64,000 nucleotides of DNA, from contig JBHGNT010000010.1 of NCBI GenBank assembly GCA_043228905.1, forward strand, positions 16,492,001-16,556,000. The letters run 5' to 3'. Source of the DNA: Azolla caroliniana (lineage: Eukaryota; Plantae; Polypodiophyta). This document shows, piece by piece, positions 42,440-53,996 of this stretch. The notes beneath the pieces are model-generated. The model made no database searches. It worked only from the letters and a program-made list of their open reading frames with translations, and had not been told where the DNA came from. How positions within the stretch are numbered: position 1 is the stretch's first letter; the number at the start of each line of letters is the position of its first letter. The position numbers and the translations under genes are program-made.

Positions 42440-43540
42440 ATAGCCTTTTAACATATGATCGTTGAGATGAAATCACAAAAGAAGAAGGATTTGATGGTTC
42501 AAAACTCATGCATGAGCTTCTTTTTATGCTCCAATATGTTGAAGATGTTTGATCCTTATATCATTTAAATGATATGCAACACTTACTTTATGTATTGGAC
42601 ACATTTTGTCAAATTAGTGGGCTAACTATTAATGTGGACAAAAACAAAAATGATGGTAATAAAGGCAATATAACCAAGACACTACCCGACCTTACATATA
42701 AGGGAGAACCAATACAAGTGGTGCAAAGATTCAAATACCTTGGTATTAACGTCTCATCGACAAATAGGTGGAATGTATGCAATGGGTTTCAACTTCAAAC
42801 AAATTGGAATAATTAGTATATGTTCGAGAATAGAGAAAAATATGGAGTGAGATTGATGTTATTCAATGCTATGGTGGTCCAAATGTTGATTTATGGAGTA
42901 GAAGTGTGGAGTGCCACTATCTCACATAGTGCACAGAATGGAATAGAGAAAATCCAAAAAATGTTCTTACATAGACAATCGGGGGTAAAATCTTCAACGT
43001 CCTATTCTAAAACAAGTGCTTGACCACATAGAGGTACTAACCATGCATAGAGTGTACAAGTATATCAAAAAACTTAAGAATATGTTTGATCATACATTGT
43101 TGAAACAAGGTTTGGAACATAGAGTGCAAGGTACAAAAAACTAATGAGAACAAAATCCTCTCATTTGGATGAGTGCTTGACATAATGAGATGGAGTAAAA
43201 GATGTGGAGTAAAAGATCAATTGGAGCTCTCGGGTGATGTTATGAAGTATGTGATCATTGAGGTTAGATTACTCGAGTCACTAAGAATGACGTGGCAAGA
43301 TACTAAAATGCCAAAATTGGAATATTACATTGCAAATATTAACCCCCAAGATTGGTTCCAATGCAAGGAAAAAATCATTGAGCATATTCAATGGCATGTC
43401 ACTACCCCCATTAGCCTTGGCTCTCGGAGAGAGTCTTAACATGTCTTAAAACTCACTCGCATAAGTTAGGTGTTGAGGTAGTGACATGGCATCATCATGC
43501 AAACATGAAGGTATGTAAGGTATGCAAAGAAATCCAATGT
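42440..43540 (+). mobile_element. Degenerate LINE reverse-transcriptase fragment
   Basis: FCQISGLTINVDK, FKYLG, MLFNAMVVQMLIYGVEVW and IEKIQKMFL, broken by frameshifts and stops. Confidence 0.85.
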
Positions 43541-43699
43541 CGTTACTTATCAAATCAAATTAATATAGGTTTGTGCTTCTTCTTTGAGGTTTACGAGTTC
43601 TTTTAAATATTTTAATCAACTCAATTGGCATGATAAATTGTTTTTTCAAAACAATCTACTATATATTCCTAATAGTCAATCTTGACTCCAAATCCTACA

Positions 43700-44680
43700 T
43701 CACTACCATGATTTGCAAATGGTGGACATTTTGGAGTCTACAAGACTTTGGAATTAATTTCTTGAAGCTATTGGTGGTCAAAACTTCATAAATTTGTTGA
43801 GGATTGCATTCATAGTTAAATGCATGTTGTTTATCAAAGTGTCATCAACATCAACAATGTGAATTGCTCCAACCCTTACCATCTCTCGATGGTACATGGA
43901 AGTCTATCTCTTTGGATTTTATACAACTCTTCCACCCTCCAAAGGATGCCTTCTCAATCTCTTAAATCAATTCACTAAGATGACAAATGTTGTTCCATGC
44001 TTTTATACTTCATAGAGTTTGCTTACAATAATTATGTTCATTGTTCGACCAAATTCCTCCCTTACTTGCCAACACAAGATGCAACCCCATTGCACGATGC
44101 TTGAATGTCTAGAAATCTCGAAAAATCGTGTTGCAAAAGATCATCTACTTCAACTACAAGAGGTTGACACTACTCTTTCTCACTATTTACATGATGCTCA
44201 ATCCACACAGAAAACATGTGTAGATCAAAATCATCTCGACTCATCACAAGAACAACCTAAGTTTTGAGTTGAAGATCATGTATGGCAAAGTAACAAAAAA
44301 CCCACCCAACCTTCCAACAAGTTGGGTTATCAACATCTTGGTCCATATGTTATCAGTAACCAGATCAATGAAGTTGCATTTTACTCAGCTCTCCATATGC
44401 ATATGCATCTTGATGTCGTATTCCATATATCAAATTTTTAATCTTATGCATCAAGTTCTATTCCAAATCTTATGGTTCCTCTTCCACCTCTTGTTAAGCT
44501 TTACCATTTTGGACTCCAAGATTGGGCGCAACAAATTATATAACTTGGTCGATTGCATGTTGGTTTATACACATAGTGATAAGATTTGGGAGTTGACTAA
44601 AAATCTTCCTAATGCTACAAAAATTGTAGCCGAATTTCATCATAGATATCCCAATAATCAAGGAGATTTGAACTCATAAC
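43700..44680 (+). mobile_element. Degenerate Ty3/gypsy chromovirus integrase plus chromodomain remnant
   Basis: Remnants of W.SISLDFI..LP.SKG and LGPY.I..QINEVAF, plus chromodomain-like ILDSKIGRNKLYNLVD...WELTKNLPNATKIVAEFHHRYP (ORF 44269-44679). Confidence 0.75.
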
Positions 44681-45268
44681 GATTAAAAGCTCATAAGGAG
44701 AATTGAATCCATGATCTTCACTATATATATATATAACACATTTGCGTTCACAAGTGGAAGGATCGCGTATTCCACTTATAGATTCCTTTTATAATCTTGC
44801 GATTTTATGCAGTTTTCAGAAACTTGTTACACCAATATCACATGTTTTAAATAGCATATAAAATTTTGTTGATTTCTTGAGATTTAACAAGTATCAAAGT
44901 GATCATTTCTAAAATTGAATAGTTTTTCAATAAATGCTTAAACATTGACGGTCTGCAGATATGAAATGTCGTTAACTTAAAGAAAATCACAATGGTTAAC
45001 TCAAGGCATAAGTTAAGATTAATGGTGTCACCATCTTAAGGAGATGTAGGTTCCAGAAGTGGAAGTGACGTCTATTGTTAGAGTTGAAAATGTGTTTAAG
45101 TATAAGAGGTAACACTATAATACTTAGTGTCATCTTCTATAAATTTACAACTCGTCAACATCCATAAATTCACAACTCAAGAAATGTAGACAATATTCAT
45201 AAACAGTTTTGATAAATTCACAACTCCAAAAATGTAGACAATATTCATAAACTGTCAAACTTAGACGT

Positions 45269-45801
45269 TGTCGTGAAGATTTTCGGCAACGGTGTGAAAA
45301 TCACGTGGAACGAGGAAAATAGAGAAGGTGCAATATGCACATGTATGGAAGGGGTGATGGTTAATGTGCACGTGTGATGTGTGTTTAGGTGATCATTACA
45401 CACATATATATAATAAGCCTAACGCATACAATGAGGTGCAAGTAAAGGTTTTGAACCTTACACCTCCAAGATAGGAGACAATGTATGCAATCAATAATAA
45501 TTAATAAGTTCTAGTTATCTCATTGGGAAGGTGTCTTCTATCTCAATTTTGAAGTCAAAGGTTCAAACCGGGAATAGGAATTCCCACCTCTATCTATCTA
45601 TCAATTTATCTTTAATACTTCTCTCTTGTGCTAGTCCTCCTGCCGTTTCATTGCTTGCGCTAGTTCTTCCACGGTTCCGTTATCTTGAACAATCCCATCA
45701 TCAATCCTCCATAACCACTAGCGGATAGAGGCCCGGTGCTTGTCCGCGCTTGTGACGCGCACATCACGACGTTTGGCACGTGTGTCATGCGCCACACGAC
45801 A
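45269..45801 (+). repeat. 5' LTR
   Basis: Starts TGTCGTG and ends CACGACA; about 26 substitutions and no indels versus the 3' LTR by manual count (about 95% identity). Confidence 0.95.
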
Positions 45802-45807
45802 TCTATT

Positions 45808-45824
45808 TGGTGAACCCGACGTGA
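45808..45824 (+). promoter_or_regulatory. Primer-binding site complementary to the 3' end of tRNA-Trp
   Basis: TGGTGAACCCGACGTGA is the reverse complement of TCACGTCGGGTTCACCA, the 3' end of plant cytosolic tRNA-Trp. Confidence 0.85.
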
Positions 45825-45902
45825 AAAACACAAGATGGTAATGGAGGCATCACGAATGATGGATGCGGTCTTGGATGCTTATGAGGTGGGCCGAGACTGA
45901 TA

Positions 45903-46757
45903 ATGCTTCCATTTATAAGGAAGGCCATTGAAATGATGTTGCAGGATGATAAGGATAAAGCGATGGATTATCTCAAGTTGGCAAGGCAAGCCGAAAGATT
46001 ATATCAAGAAGTTCTGGATTGGTATGAAGCAGTTATGACGTCCAGATTCGGACCTCAACCTTTTCATGGGCTTCTCAACAATGATGAAGATGAAGATGAT
46101 CGAGATATTCGTGATTACTGTCATGAAGAGACATTCAACGAAGAATGTGGGCTTGTAAGAAAAGATCAAAATATTCAAGGATGCGGTTGTGAAGAGAGAC
46201 ACGACGAAGAACATGGGCTTGACAAGAGACATGGATATGTTCACAGTGATCGTGAAGAGGCATTCAATGAAGAAGAAGGTTTTGAAGAGAGAGATCGACA
46301 TCGACATGCCTATGGTCGTTACGAGGATCATTGCAACCTCGACAAAGGAGAAACATGTGACAAAGAACGCGATCTTGAAGGGAGAGATTATGATTGTCAT
46401 CATGAAGATCATTGCAAACGCAAGAGAAGAGAGATATGCACTGAAGAAGGATGTGATCACAAAGAGACATGGAACGAAGAACATACATTCGAGGGGAAAG
46501 ACCAAGATACTCAAGGATGTAGTCGTGAAGAGACATGTGATGAAGAACGTGGGCTCAAGGGGAAACACCAAGATACTCGGGGATGCAATCGTGAAGAGAC
46601 ATCAGACAAAGAACATGGGCTTGAAGAGAAAGATCAAGATCTACACGATTATGACAAAGACAAAGATCATTACAAACTCACAAAGAGTGCTCAAGATCTA
46701 CAAAGTTATGATCGTGACAAAGATTACTATAAACACAAGAGGAGAAATCAATGTTGA
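45903..46757 (+). CDS. Acidic, internally repetitive ORF of unknown function in the gag position of the LTR element (probably a fragment of a longer decayed ORF reaching about 47600)
   Basis: 284-aa ORF with a helical N-terminus, then repeats like EETCDEERGLKGKHQDTRGC. Similar D/E-rich coding-like sequence continues downstream with stops. Confidence 0.5.
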   Translation: MLPFIRKAIEMMLQDDKDKAMDYLKLARQAERLYQEVLDWYEAVMTSRFGPQPFHGLLNNDEDEDDRDIRDYCHEETFNEECGLVRKDQNIQGCGCEERHDEEHGLDKRHGYVHSDREEAFNEEEGFEERDRHRHAYGRYEDHCNLDKGETCDKERDLEGRDYDCHHEDHCKRKRREICTEEGCDHKETWNEEHTFEGKDQDTQGCSREETCDEERGLKGKHQDTRGCNREETSDKEHGLEEKDQDLHDYDKDKDHYKLTKSAQDLQSYDRDKDYYKHKRRNQC

Positions 46758-47849
46758 GCTCTTCATGGTTGTGCTAATGAAAAAGCACTCAACGGAAGCC
46801 ATGATGGTGAGAAAGGTTGGGATTGAAACTCTCATGGTTTAAATTTTGATGACAAGTATGATAGGTTTAATAAGAGCCACAAACAAGAGAAGGAGTTAGA
46901 AAAAGACGAAAACTTTACATTTAAATGTGATGACGGTGATGATAGAAATGAAACACACGATTTAGGGCTTGATGATAGTGAGGGAGAATGCATTATTGAT
47001 GGTGAGAGTGAGTGCCATGAGAAGAATGAGGGTTGTGATGATAGAAAGTTCTGCACTTTCTTTGGATATGGTTATGATAGGGGTAATGATGAGGGTGAGA
47101 GTGACGAAGAGAAATCATGTATTTTAGGTTGCCTTGGTTTTCTTCGTGATAAATTTTATAAGAGTTTCACTAGATTAAATGGTGACATTCATGAGGATAT
47201 CCATTATGAAAATAGAATAGGTACTTGTGATGATGAGGATGTTCTACAAAAATATGTCCATGTGGATGTGGGGTTACATAATGATCACACGGGTATAAGC
47301 AAGGAAAATCTAGGAAATGTTATCTGGGATGTGTATAATGATGATGTTGATGTTGTGAGCATGTATGGGAAGGATGGGATTAAGGTTGATAATATTGAGG
47401 ATAATCTAGAAAATGCTATGATGGTTTGGGATATGTATAACGATAATGTTGGTGTTGTGAGTGTGTTTGGGAAGGATAATTTTAGGGTAGATGATATTGA
47501 ATATGATGCTTATCTTGTAAAAAAAGATTTGGTGATCAAAGATGTCGTTAACTCAAAGGATTATTATAATGACGATGTAACATTGAGGTTGTTATCGAAG
47601 AAGATGAGGTTGTGGTAAAATGGATGGTTATTACTTGTAAAGAAGAAAGGAAAGAAGTGATTATAAAGACAACACACAGGAAGGAAGGAAAAGATGCATC
47701 AAGATGGTGGGATGTTCAACTAAATAGAGGAGGTTATATTGCCAACATTTCTATCTCCCATCTCAAAGAAAAGGATTGGCTAATTAGAAGAAGCACCCGG
47801 TTTTTAGATTCGTTTTGAGAAGACACATCGTCAACACCCCAAGAAGATC

Positions 47850-48010
47850 GAAGAAGAAGGTTGGGTATTGGTCTGCAACAATAGCTTTGACAACCAACAT
47901 AAGACGACAAGAAAGTTTGTAAGAAGGTGGTTCGGATCATATGTGGAGCTAGACGGATCAAGACTGGCCATACCAATTGCGGGAAAAAGACTAAAGATCT
48001 TCAAGAAAAG
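47850..48010 (+). pseudogene. Ty3/gypsy integrase C-terminal (GPY/F-type) remnant
   Basis: EEGWVLV...RKFVRRWFGSYV-ELDGSRLAIPIAGKRLKIFK matches the pattern KL..RW.GPY...ELDG......G.RLK.F. Confidence 0.75.
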
Positions 48011-48166
48011 ACAAGGTGAGGGTCCCAAACTCGATGATCTCAACAATGAAGATAGTAAGGCAAAACCCACAAACGTGAGCGAGGTCAATGAGGACGTGGA
48101 GGAATCTCACACCGTAGCCGAAATCTCACATTCTCTTCTTGGCACGTACCGGAGGACGTGCGGTTT

Positions 48167-48178
48167 GGTGGGGGTGGA
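48167..48178 (+). promoter_or_regulatory. Polypurine tract
   Basis: ggtgggggtgga lies immediately before the 3' LTR. Confidence 0.8.
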
Positions 48179-48711
48179 TGTCGTGAAGATTTTCGGCAAC
48201 GGTGTGAAAATCACGTGGAACAAGGAAAATAGAGAAGGTACAATATGCAAATGTATGGAAGGGGTGATGGTTAATGTGCATGTGTGATGTGTGTTTAGGT
48301 GATCATTACACATATATATATAATAAGCCTAACGCATACAATGAGGTGCAAGTAAAGGTTTTGAACCTTACACCTCCAAGATAGGAGACAATGTATGCAA
48401 TCAATAATAATTAATCAGTTCTAGTTATCTTGCTGGCAAGGTGTCTTCTATCTCAAATTTGAAGTCAAAGGTTCAAACCGAGAATAGGAATTCCCACCTG
48501 TATCTATCTATCAATTTATCTTTAATACTTCTCGCTTGCGCTAGTCCTCCCGCCATTTCGTTCCTTGCGCTAGTCCTTCCACGGTTCCGTTATCTTGAAC
48601 GATCCCATCATCAATCCTCCATAACCACTAGCGGATAGAGGCTCGGTGCCTGTCCGCGCTTGTGACACACACATCACGACGTTTGGCACGTGTGTCATGC
48701 ACCACACGACA
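48179..48711 (+). repeat. 3' LTR
   Basis: 533-bp copy of 45269-45801. Confidence 0.95.
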
Positions 48712-48749
48712 ACGTGAACATTAATATATCAATTTGAACATATCACATA

Positions 48750-48775
48750 GGGTAGAAGCACGCTACGGTGTACCA
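48750..48775 (+). repeat. Left TIR core
   Basis: See element entry; similarity extends imperfectly inward (TTTTGGCCA, AAAATT, AGTACT). Confidence 0.92.
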
Positions 48776-49259
48776 GAAAAGTACTGTTTTTGGCCACAAA
48801 AATTGTCAGTACTTTTAGTACTGTTAGTATGAATAATTCAAAAAAAAAAAATCAGAGAAAAAGAAAATCGATTTTGGAGAGTGGGGTGACTGTAGTACAA
48901 GTGTCATTTATTGTAGAAGGAGTGGGGGGAACAGGTGAGGAGATGTTCATTCCATTTTGGGGGCTATTTTCCCCTCACGTCGATTTTGGCGCTTCCCCTC
49001 ACGTCGTTTTGGCGGTTCCCCTCATACTCCTCTTCCTCTATCCCTCTGAGCTTTTCATCACAGATCCATGTTCAGTTTCTGATTTCCTCCAATCTAAATC
49101 TCAGACATCCATGTCTGTTTTGAGCGTTTAAGTTGAGGATTTCTGATTTTTTTAGGGTTTCTGTTTTTGTTAGGGTTTAGGTCGAGGTACAGAGACTGTT
49201 GGTAGCAGCCAATAGTGACTTCTTCGACAACGACTTTCTTACATCCATCCATTGAAGTT

Positions 49260-49852
49260 GGTGTCGTGGTGATTTGTGGCTTTTTCCACCAAATCGAGGC
49301 GGCATTGGAGGTTCCTTCCGCCAAATCGAGGCGGCATATCCAACGCTCCGTCCACCATTGGAGGTTCCTTCCACCAAATCGAGGCGGCATATCCAACGCC
49401 CCCTCCATCCATTCGAGGTTCCTTCCATCCGTTTTTTTTATTTTCAGTACTAAAATGTTACATTTCTTCATATTTCAGTACAAAAATTTTAGAACTGACA
49501 ATTGTCATATTTGATATGTAATTCTAATGTTTGAAACGAAATATCTTTCACTTTGCAGGCCACATTTAAAAACATTTGATTTGGTGTCGTGGTGATTTGT
49601 GGCTTTTTCCACCAAATCGAGGCGGCATTGGAGGTTCCTTCCACCAAATCGAGGCGGCATATCCAACGCTCCGTCCACCATTGGAGGTTCCTTTCACCAA
49701 ACCGTTTTTTTTATTTTCAGTACTAAAATGTTACATTTCTTCATATTTCAGTACAAAAATTTTAGAACTGACAATTGTCATATTTGATATGTAATTCTAA
49801 TGTTTGAAACGAAATATCTTTCACTTTGCAGGCCACATTTAAAAACATTTGA
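49260..49852. repeat. Left subterminal duplication (two copies of about 270-320 bp with internal ccaccaaatcgaggcggcat sub-repeats)
   Basis: 49260-49578 and 49581-49852 are nearly identical. Confidence 0.9.
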
Positions 49853-49933
49853 TTGTGTTTTCTTGGTTGAGTCTATATAACATTAACTACTTTTGCAAGC
49901 CACTTAATTTTTGCGGATAAATCTAGTGACCGA

Positions 49934-52900
49934 ATGGGGGTTCCTAACGAGAGTGAGTTGTCAAGTAACTCATGCATATCTGAAAGGACTAAGAGACGAG
50001 TGGTTCTTCACATAGTCCGTTATTTGGTAGAAATAACAAAGAGATTTAGTGAAGAGGATCGTAGGGATATTATCTGTAGAGTGTTACACCATCAAAGTTT
50101 GAATGAAGACATGGAGAGAATAAAATTTAGGGACCAATGTGTTTCAGAAGAGATTGTAGAGTCTATGAAGTCATCCCTAGACTTAGTGAAAGGTGTAGAG
50201 AGCTTAGACAAACTTGCTGCAAAGAGGGCAGCCCTACACATGGTTGTGAACGGTGCGAGAGGAAAAAAATATAGTGATACTAAAGTTGCCTTAGCCCTGG
50301 GTATTCAAAGAAGGAACTTGAGGAAACATCGCCAAAATATACACTCAAACAAATTCAAGTGGATGGGGTTGGGACGTAGACGACGATGTGATGCCTTATC
50401 TCAAGAGGTTATTGAGAAAGTGGATTCATTTTGGGCCAAAAATACGCGTGTCTCACCAAATAAGAAGGACGTGTGTAGACAACGAATAAGTCAGGGTAAG
50501 TACCAGATTCACCCTAGACACTTCTTGGAGATGACAGAGGTATTCCATTTTTTTATATCATTTCACATTCCATAACTTTGTGTTTTGACCAACTGTATAT
50601 TAATGTTTGCTATATATATTGGTTGATGTAGGCTGAATTGTACATGAACTTTAAAGATCAACATCCAAGCTTGACTGTTGGATTCCGCAAGTTCCAAGGT
50701 TTGAAACCATTTTATGTTAGAAAATTAAATGAGAGGAATACATGTTGTTGTGTGTACCATGTGAAGATGGACATGTTAAGGCTAGCCGTGAATGCAATGC
50801 GTACTGATTGTAAGGGTATACACGGGGAATTATGTGTCTGCACTTGTGAGATATGTAGACCAAATGGGGAGGATAATAGGTGTAATGCACGAAACATGAC
50901 TTATGCATCTGTTTCTGAGCTATGGAGGTCTTGTGTTTGTGAAAAAGAACCATCATGTGAGTGGCATCGTCGTACATGTCTATTAAGAACATGTAAGGTT
51001 TGTCCGCTACCATTATTTTGTATGCAGGAGCTTGATTTGGGAAACAGTCATATCGTGAAATGGAAATATTTAGAGTATGTGACTGAAAATATTGGCAAGG
51101 GAGTTGTAACTAAGCGTATCAAGGAAGTATATAAGGAGACATGTGCTGCTACCCTTGTCTCAGAATTTAAGAAACAACTTGGGGAGTTCATTCCACATAA
51201 CTTCCGGAGTTATTGGCAAAATTCACAATTCAAGGAATGTATTAATAACTTACCAACGGGTGTCATCGTATCTGTTATTGACTTTGCAGAAAACTATACA
51301 TTTAAAGTTCAGAATGAGGTTCAATCAATGCATTGGTACAATGATCAATGTACAATACTTGTGCATATTTGCTATTGGAGGCAAGACGGTGAGTTACATA
51401 AGAAATCAATATTTTACATTTCAGATGATAAAAAGCATGATACACTATTTGTTCAACATTGTTTTAAGCTTCACCATGCAGATTTATTTTCTCTAGGGGT
51501 AACCTTTAACCGTCATTGGGTTTGGTCTGATGGTGCTGCCTCGCAGTTTAAGGCGGCACGATCGTTCTACTTTATCGCCAGGTAATTTTTAATCCATATG
51601 TTTAGTACTTACCATGCAATGTGTAAGGAAGTAATTCTTGTGTTAGTGCATGCATACTAATTATGTTTGTAATTATTAACAAACAGTACTATTCACATGG
51701 ATGCATACTAATTATGTTTGTAACTATTCGAATCTTGCACTTGTGAATGGATGCATGCATACTAATTTTGTTTGTACTATGTTTTAATCCATGTGAAGGG
51801 TTCTCCATAGACACATTGTACTATGTTGTGTGTTGTATCTGTACTATGTTGTGTTTACAGGAGGATGTAAAGTACTCATCTTGTACTCATAGTATTGTCC
51901 GTCCTTAAGAGCATTGTACTAAGTATGTTTTAATCCATGTGAAGGGTTCTCCATAGACACATTGTACTATGTTGTGTGTTGTATCTGTACTATGTTGTGT
52001 TTACAGGAGGATGTAAAGTACTCATCTTGTACTCATAGTATTGTCCGTCCTTAAGAGCATTGTACTAAGTATGTTTTAATCCATGTGAAGGGTTCTCCAT
52101 AGACACATTGTACTATGTTGTGTGTTGTATCTGTACTATGTTGTGTTTACAGGAGGATGTAAAGTACTCATCTTGTACTCATAGTATTGTCCGTCCTTAA
52201 GAGCATTGTACTAAGTATGTTTTAATCCATGTGAAGGGTTCTCCATAGACACATTGTACTATACAAGAGGATGTAAAGTACTCATCTTCTACTCATAGTA
52301 TAAACCATACTAAGTTAGTACTAAGTTATATCCATACTAAGTATCGATTAATCAATGTGAAGGGTTCTCCATAGACACATTGTAGTATGTTGTGTGTTGG
52401 TTCTGTACTATGTTGTGTTTACAAAAGGATGTAAAGTACTCATCTTGTACTTATAGTATTGTCCGTCCTTAAGAGAATTGTACTAATTATGTTTTAATCC
52501 ATGTGAAGGGTTCTCCATAGACACATTGTACTATACAAGAGGATGTTAAGTACTCATCTTGTACTCATAGTATAAACCAGACTAAGTTAGTACTAAGAAT
52601 TGTACTAAGTATCGACTAATCAATGTGAAGGGTTCTCCATAGACACATTGTACTATGTTGTGTGTTGCTTCTGTACTATGTTGTGTTTACAAAAGGATGT
52701 AAAGTACTCATCTTGTACTTATAGTATTGTCCGTCCTTAAGAGAATTGTACTAATTATGTTTTAATCCATGTGAAGGGTTCTCCATAGACACATTGTACT
52801 ATACAAGGGGATGTAAAGTACTCATCTTGTACTCATAGTATAAACCAGACTAAGTTAGTACTAAGTTATATCCATACTAAGTTAGTATTAAATGGATGCC

Positions 52901-53862
52901 AGTATTAATGGAAGTGTAGTACTCTCTATTGACAACATAGTACTAATTTTGTTGGAAACCTGAGTTACAAAAGCAGGTATTTCTCCTTATTCAACATTCG
53001 TATGCAATGGAATTACTTCGGGTCTGGACATGGAAAAGGAGAGCATGATGGCGCGGGGGCTGTGATCAAACGTGCCCTTACAAGTGAGCAGTTGGATAAT
53101 AATGGTGCTAAGCTACAAAATGCACATGATGTTGTGCAGTGGCTAACATGGAAGATGTCAAATGATGGTAAGAACAGATTGTTTGTTGAAGTTCGCGCTG
53201 ATGAGGTCGATAGAACTAAATCATATGGTTGTAAAACCGTGAAAGGCACACGCAGCACCCATTGTGTGTTAGGGTTTAGCCGCAAGGACACAACACAATT
53301 GTTACTACGTAGTTTATCATGCTTTTGTTCCATGTGTATAGATGAAGCTTGGGATAAATGCATCAACCTATCAATCGTGGAGCCCTGGAAGTTGCAGAAG
53401 CTTGAGCCTGAACGACAAGATGATATTGAAGATGATGTGCATTCAAACGATATTGTATACTACAACCAAAATCAAGACTTGGCAGTTTTATTGGAAGTTG
53501 GAGATCATTTTGCAGTGCTCAAATCTCCTCAGAATGAAGATTTAGAAGACTACTACATTGTGGTGTGCAAGCAAGGAAAGACATTATTGAAAGAAGTGGT
53601 GAGGGATGGCTGGGGCAACAATTTCAACGTTGGTGAGTCTGTCGTGTATGGAAACTATTATGCAAAGTTGCCGCAGTGCAAGAACACATATGCATTACTA
53701 AAAGAAGCACCCATCGCAATAATCTACGCTGATGCCATTCTTGCGATCAAATTCAATATGACTCAAGCAAAGCACAAGGTTAAGGGATACAACACTGTCT
53801 ACAAGGTCCCCCAAGAGGTTCATGAGCACATATTAGGGGAGGTCTCTCTATTTAATGCTTGA
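49934..53862 (+). CDS. Sola2-type DDD transposase, 813 aa; exons 49934-50539, 50632-51581, 52977-53862
   Basis: Exons total 2442 nt in one open frame with GT-AG introns. Motifs: LKPFYVR...CCCVYH, CLLRTCKVC, DFAENY..VQNEVQSMHW...Q.T, ISDDKKHD, SDGAASQFK, WNYFGSGHGKGEHDGAGAVIKR, VKGTRSTH, RSLSCFCSMC...C. Confidence 0.92.
51779..52880. repeat. Satellite-like array in transposase intron 2: eight units with periods 146,146,146,126,146,122,146 bp, rich in GTAC/AGTACT
   Basis: The anchor atgtgaagggttctccatagacacattg occurs at 51791, 51937, 52083, 52229, 52355, 52501, 52623 and 52769. Confidence 0.95.
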
Positions 53863-53996
53863 AAGTCACACTCTCAATACATTGTACCCTCTCAATACTT
53901 GGAGTTCACTATTAATTTTGATGATTGACAAATGAATTGATATATTTCATCTTTCTTCTAAAGTGTTTATGCCTGTCAACCACTTGTACTTATCTT

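Larger units (their letters stand above)
45269..48711 (+). mobile_element. Complete non-autonomous Ty3/gypsy-derived LTR retroelement (3443 bp) with 4-bp TSD ACGT
   Basis: Two 533-bp LTRs (TGTCGTG...CACGACA), PBS, PPT and TSD acgt at 45265-45268 and 48712-48715. No RT/RNaseH is recognisable, but an integrase-tail remnant is present. Confidence 0.95.

Noticed and set aside
45999-46842. Alternative-frame and antisense ORFs overlapping the acidic LTR ORF
   Set aside because: Stop-poor shadows of a purine-rich repetitive sequence, with no motifs.
51779-52880. Regular repeat array as a possible CRISPR
   Set aside because: Whole units are repeated with no unique spacers, there are no cas genes, and the array lies in a eukaryotic intron.
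49934-53862. Transposase as CACTA, MULE, hAT or Harbinger, or as a host gene
   Set aside because: The termini are not CACTA, the TSD is 4 bp rather than 3, 8 or 9-11 bp, and the DFAENY/SDG..QFK/HGKG..DG motifs fit Sola2. The TIRs and TSD argue against a domesticated host gene.
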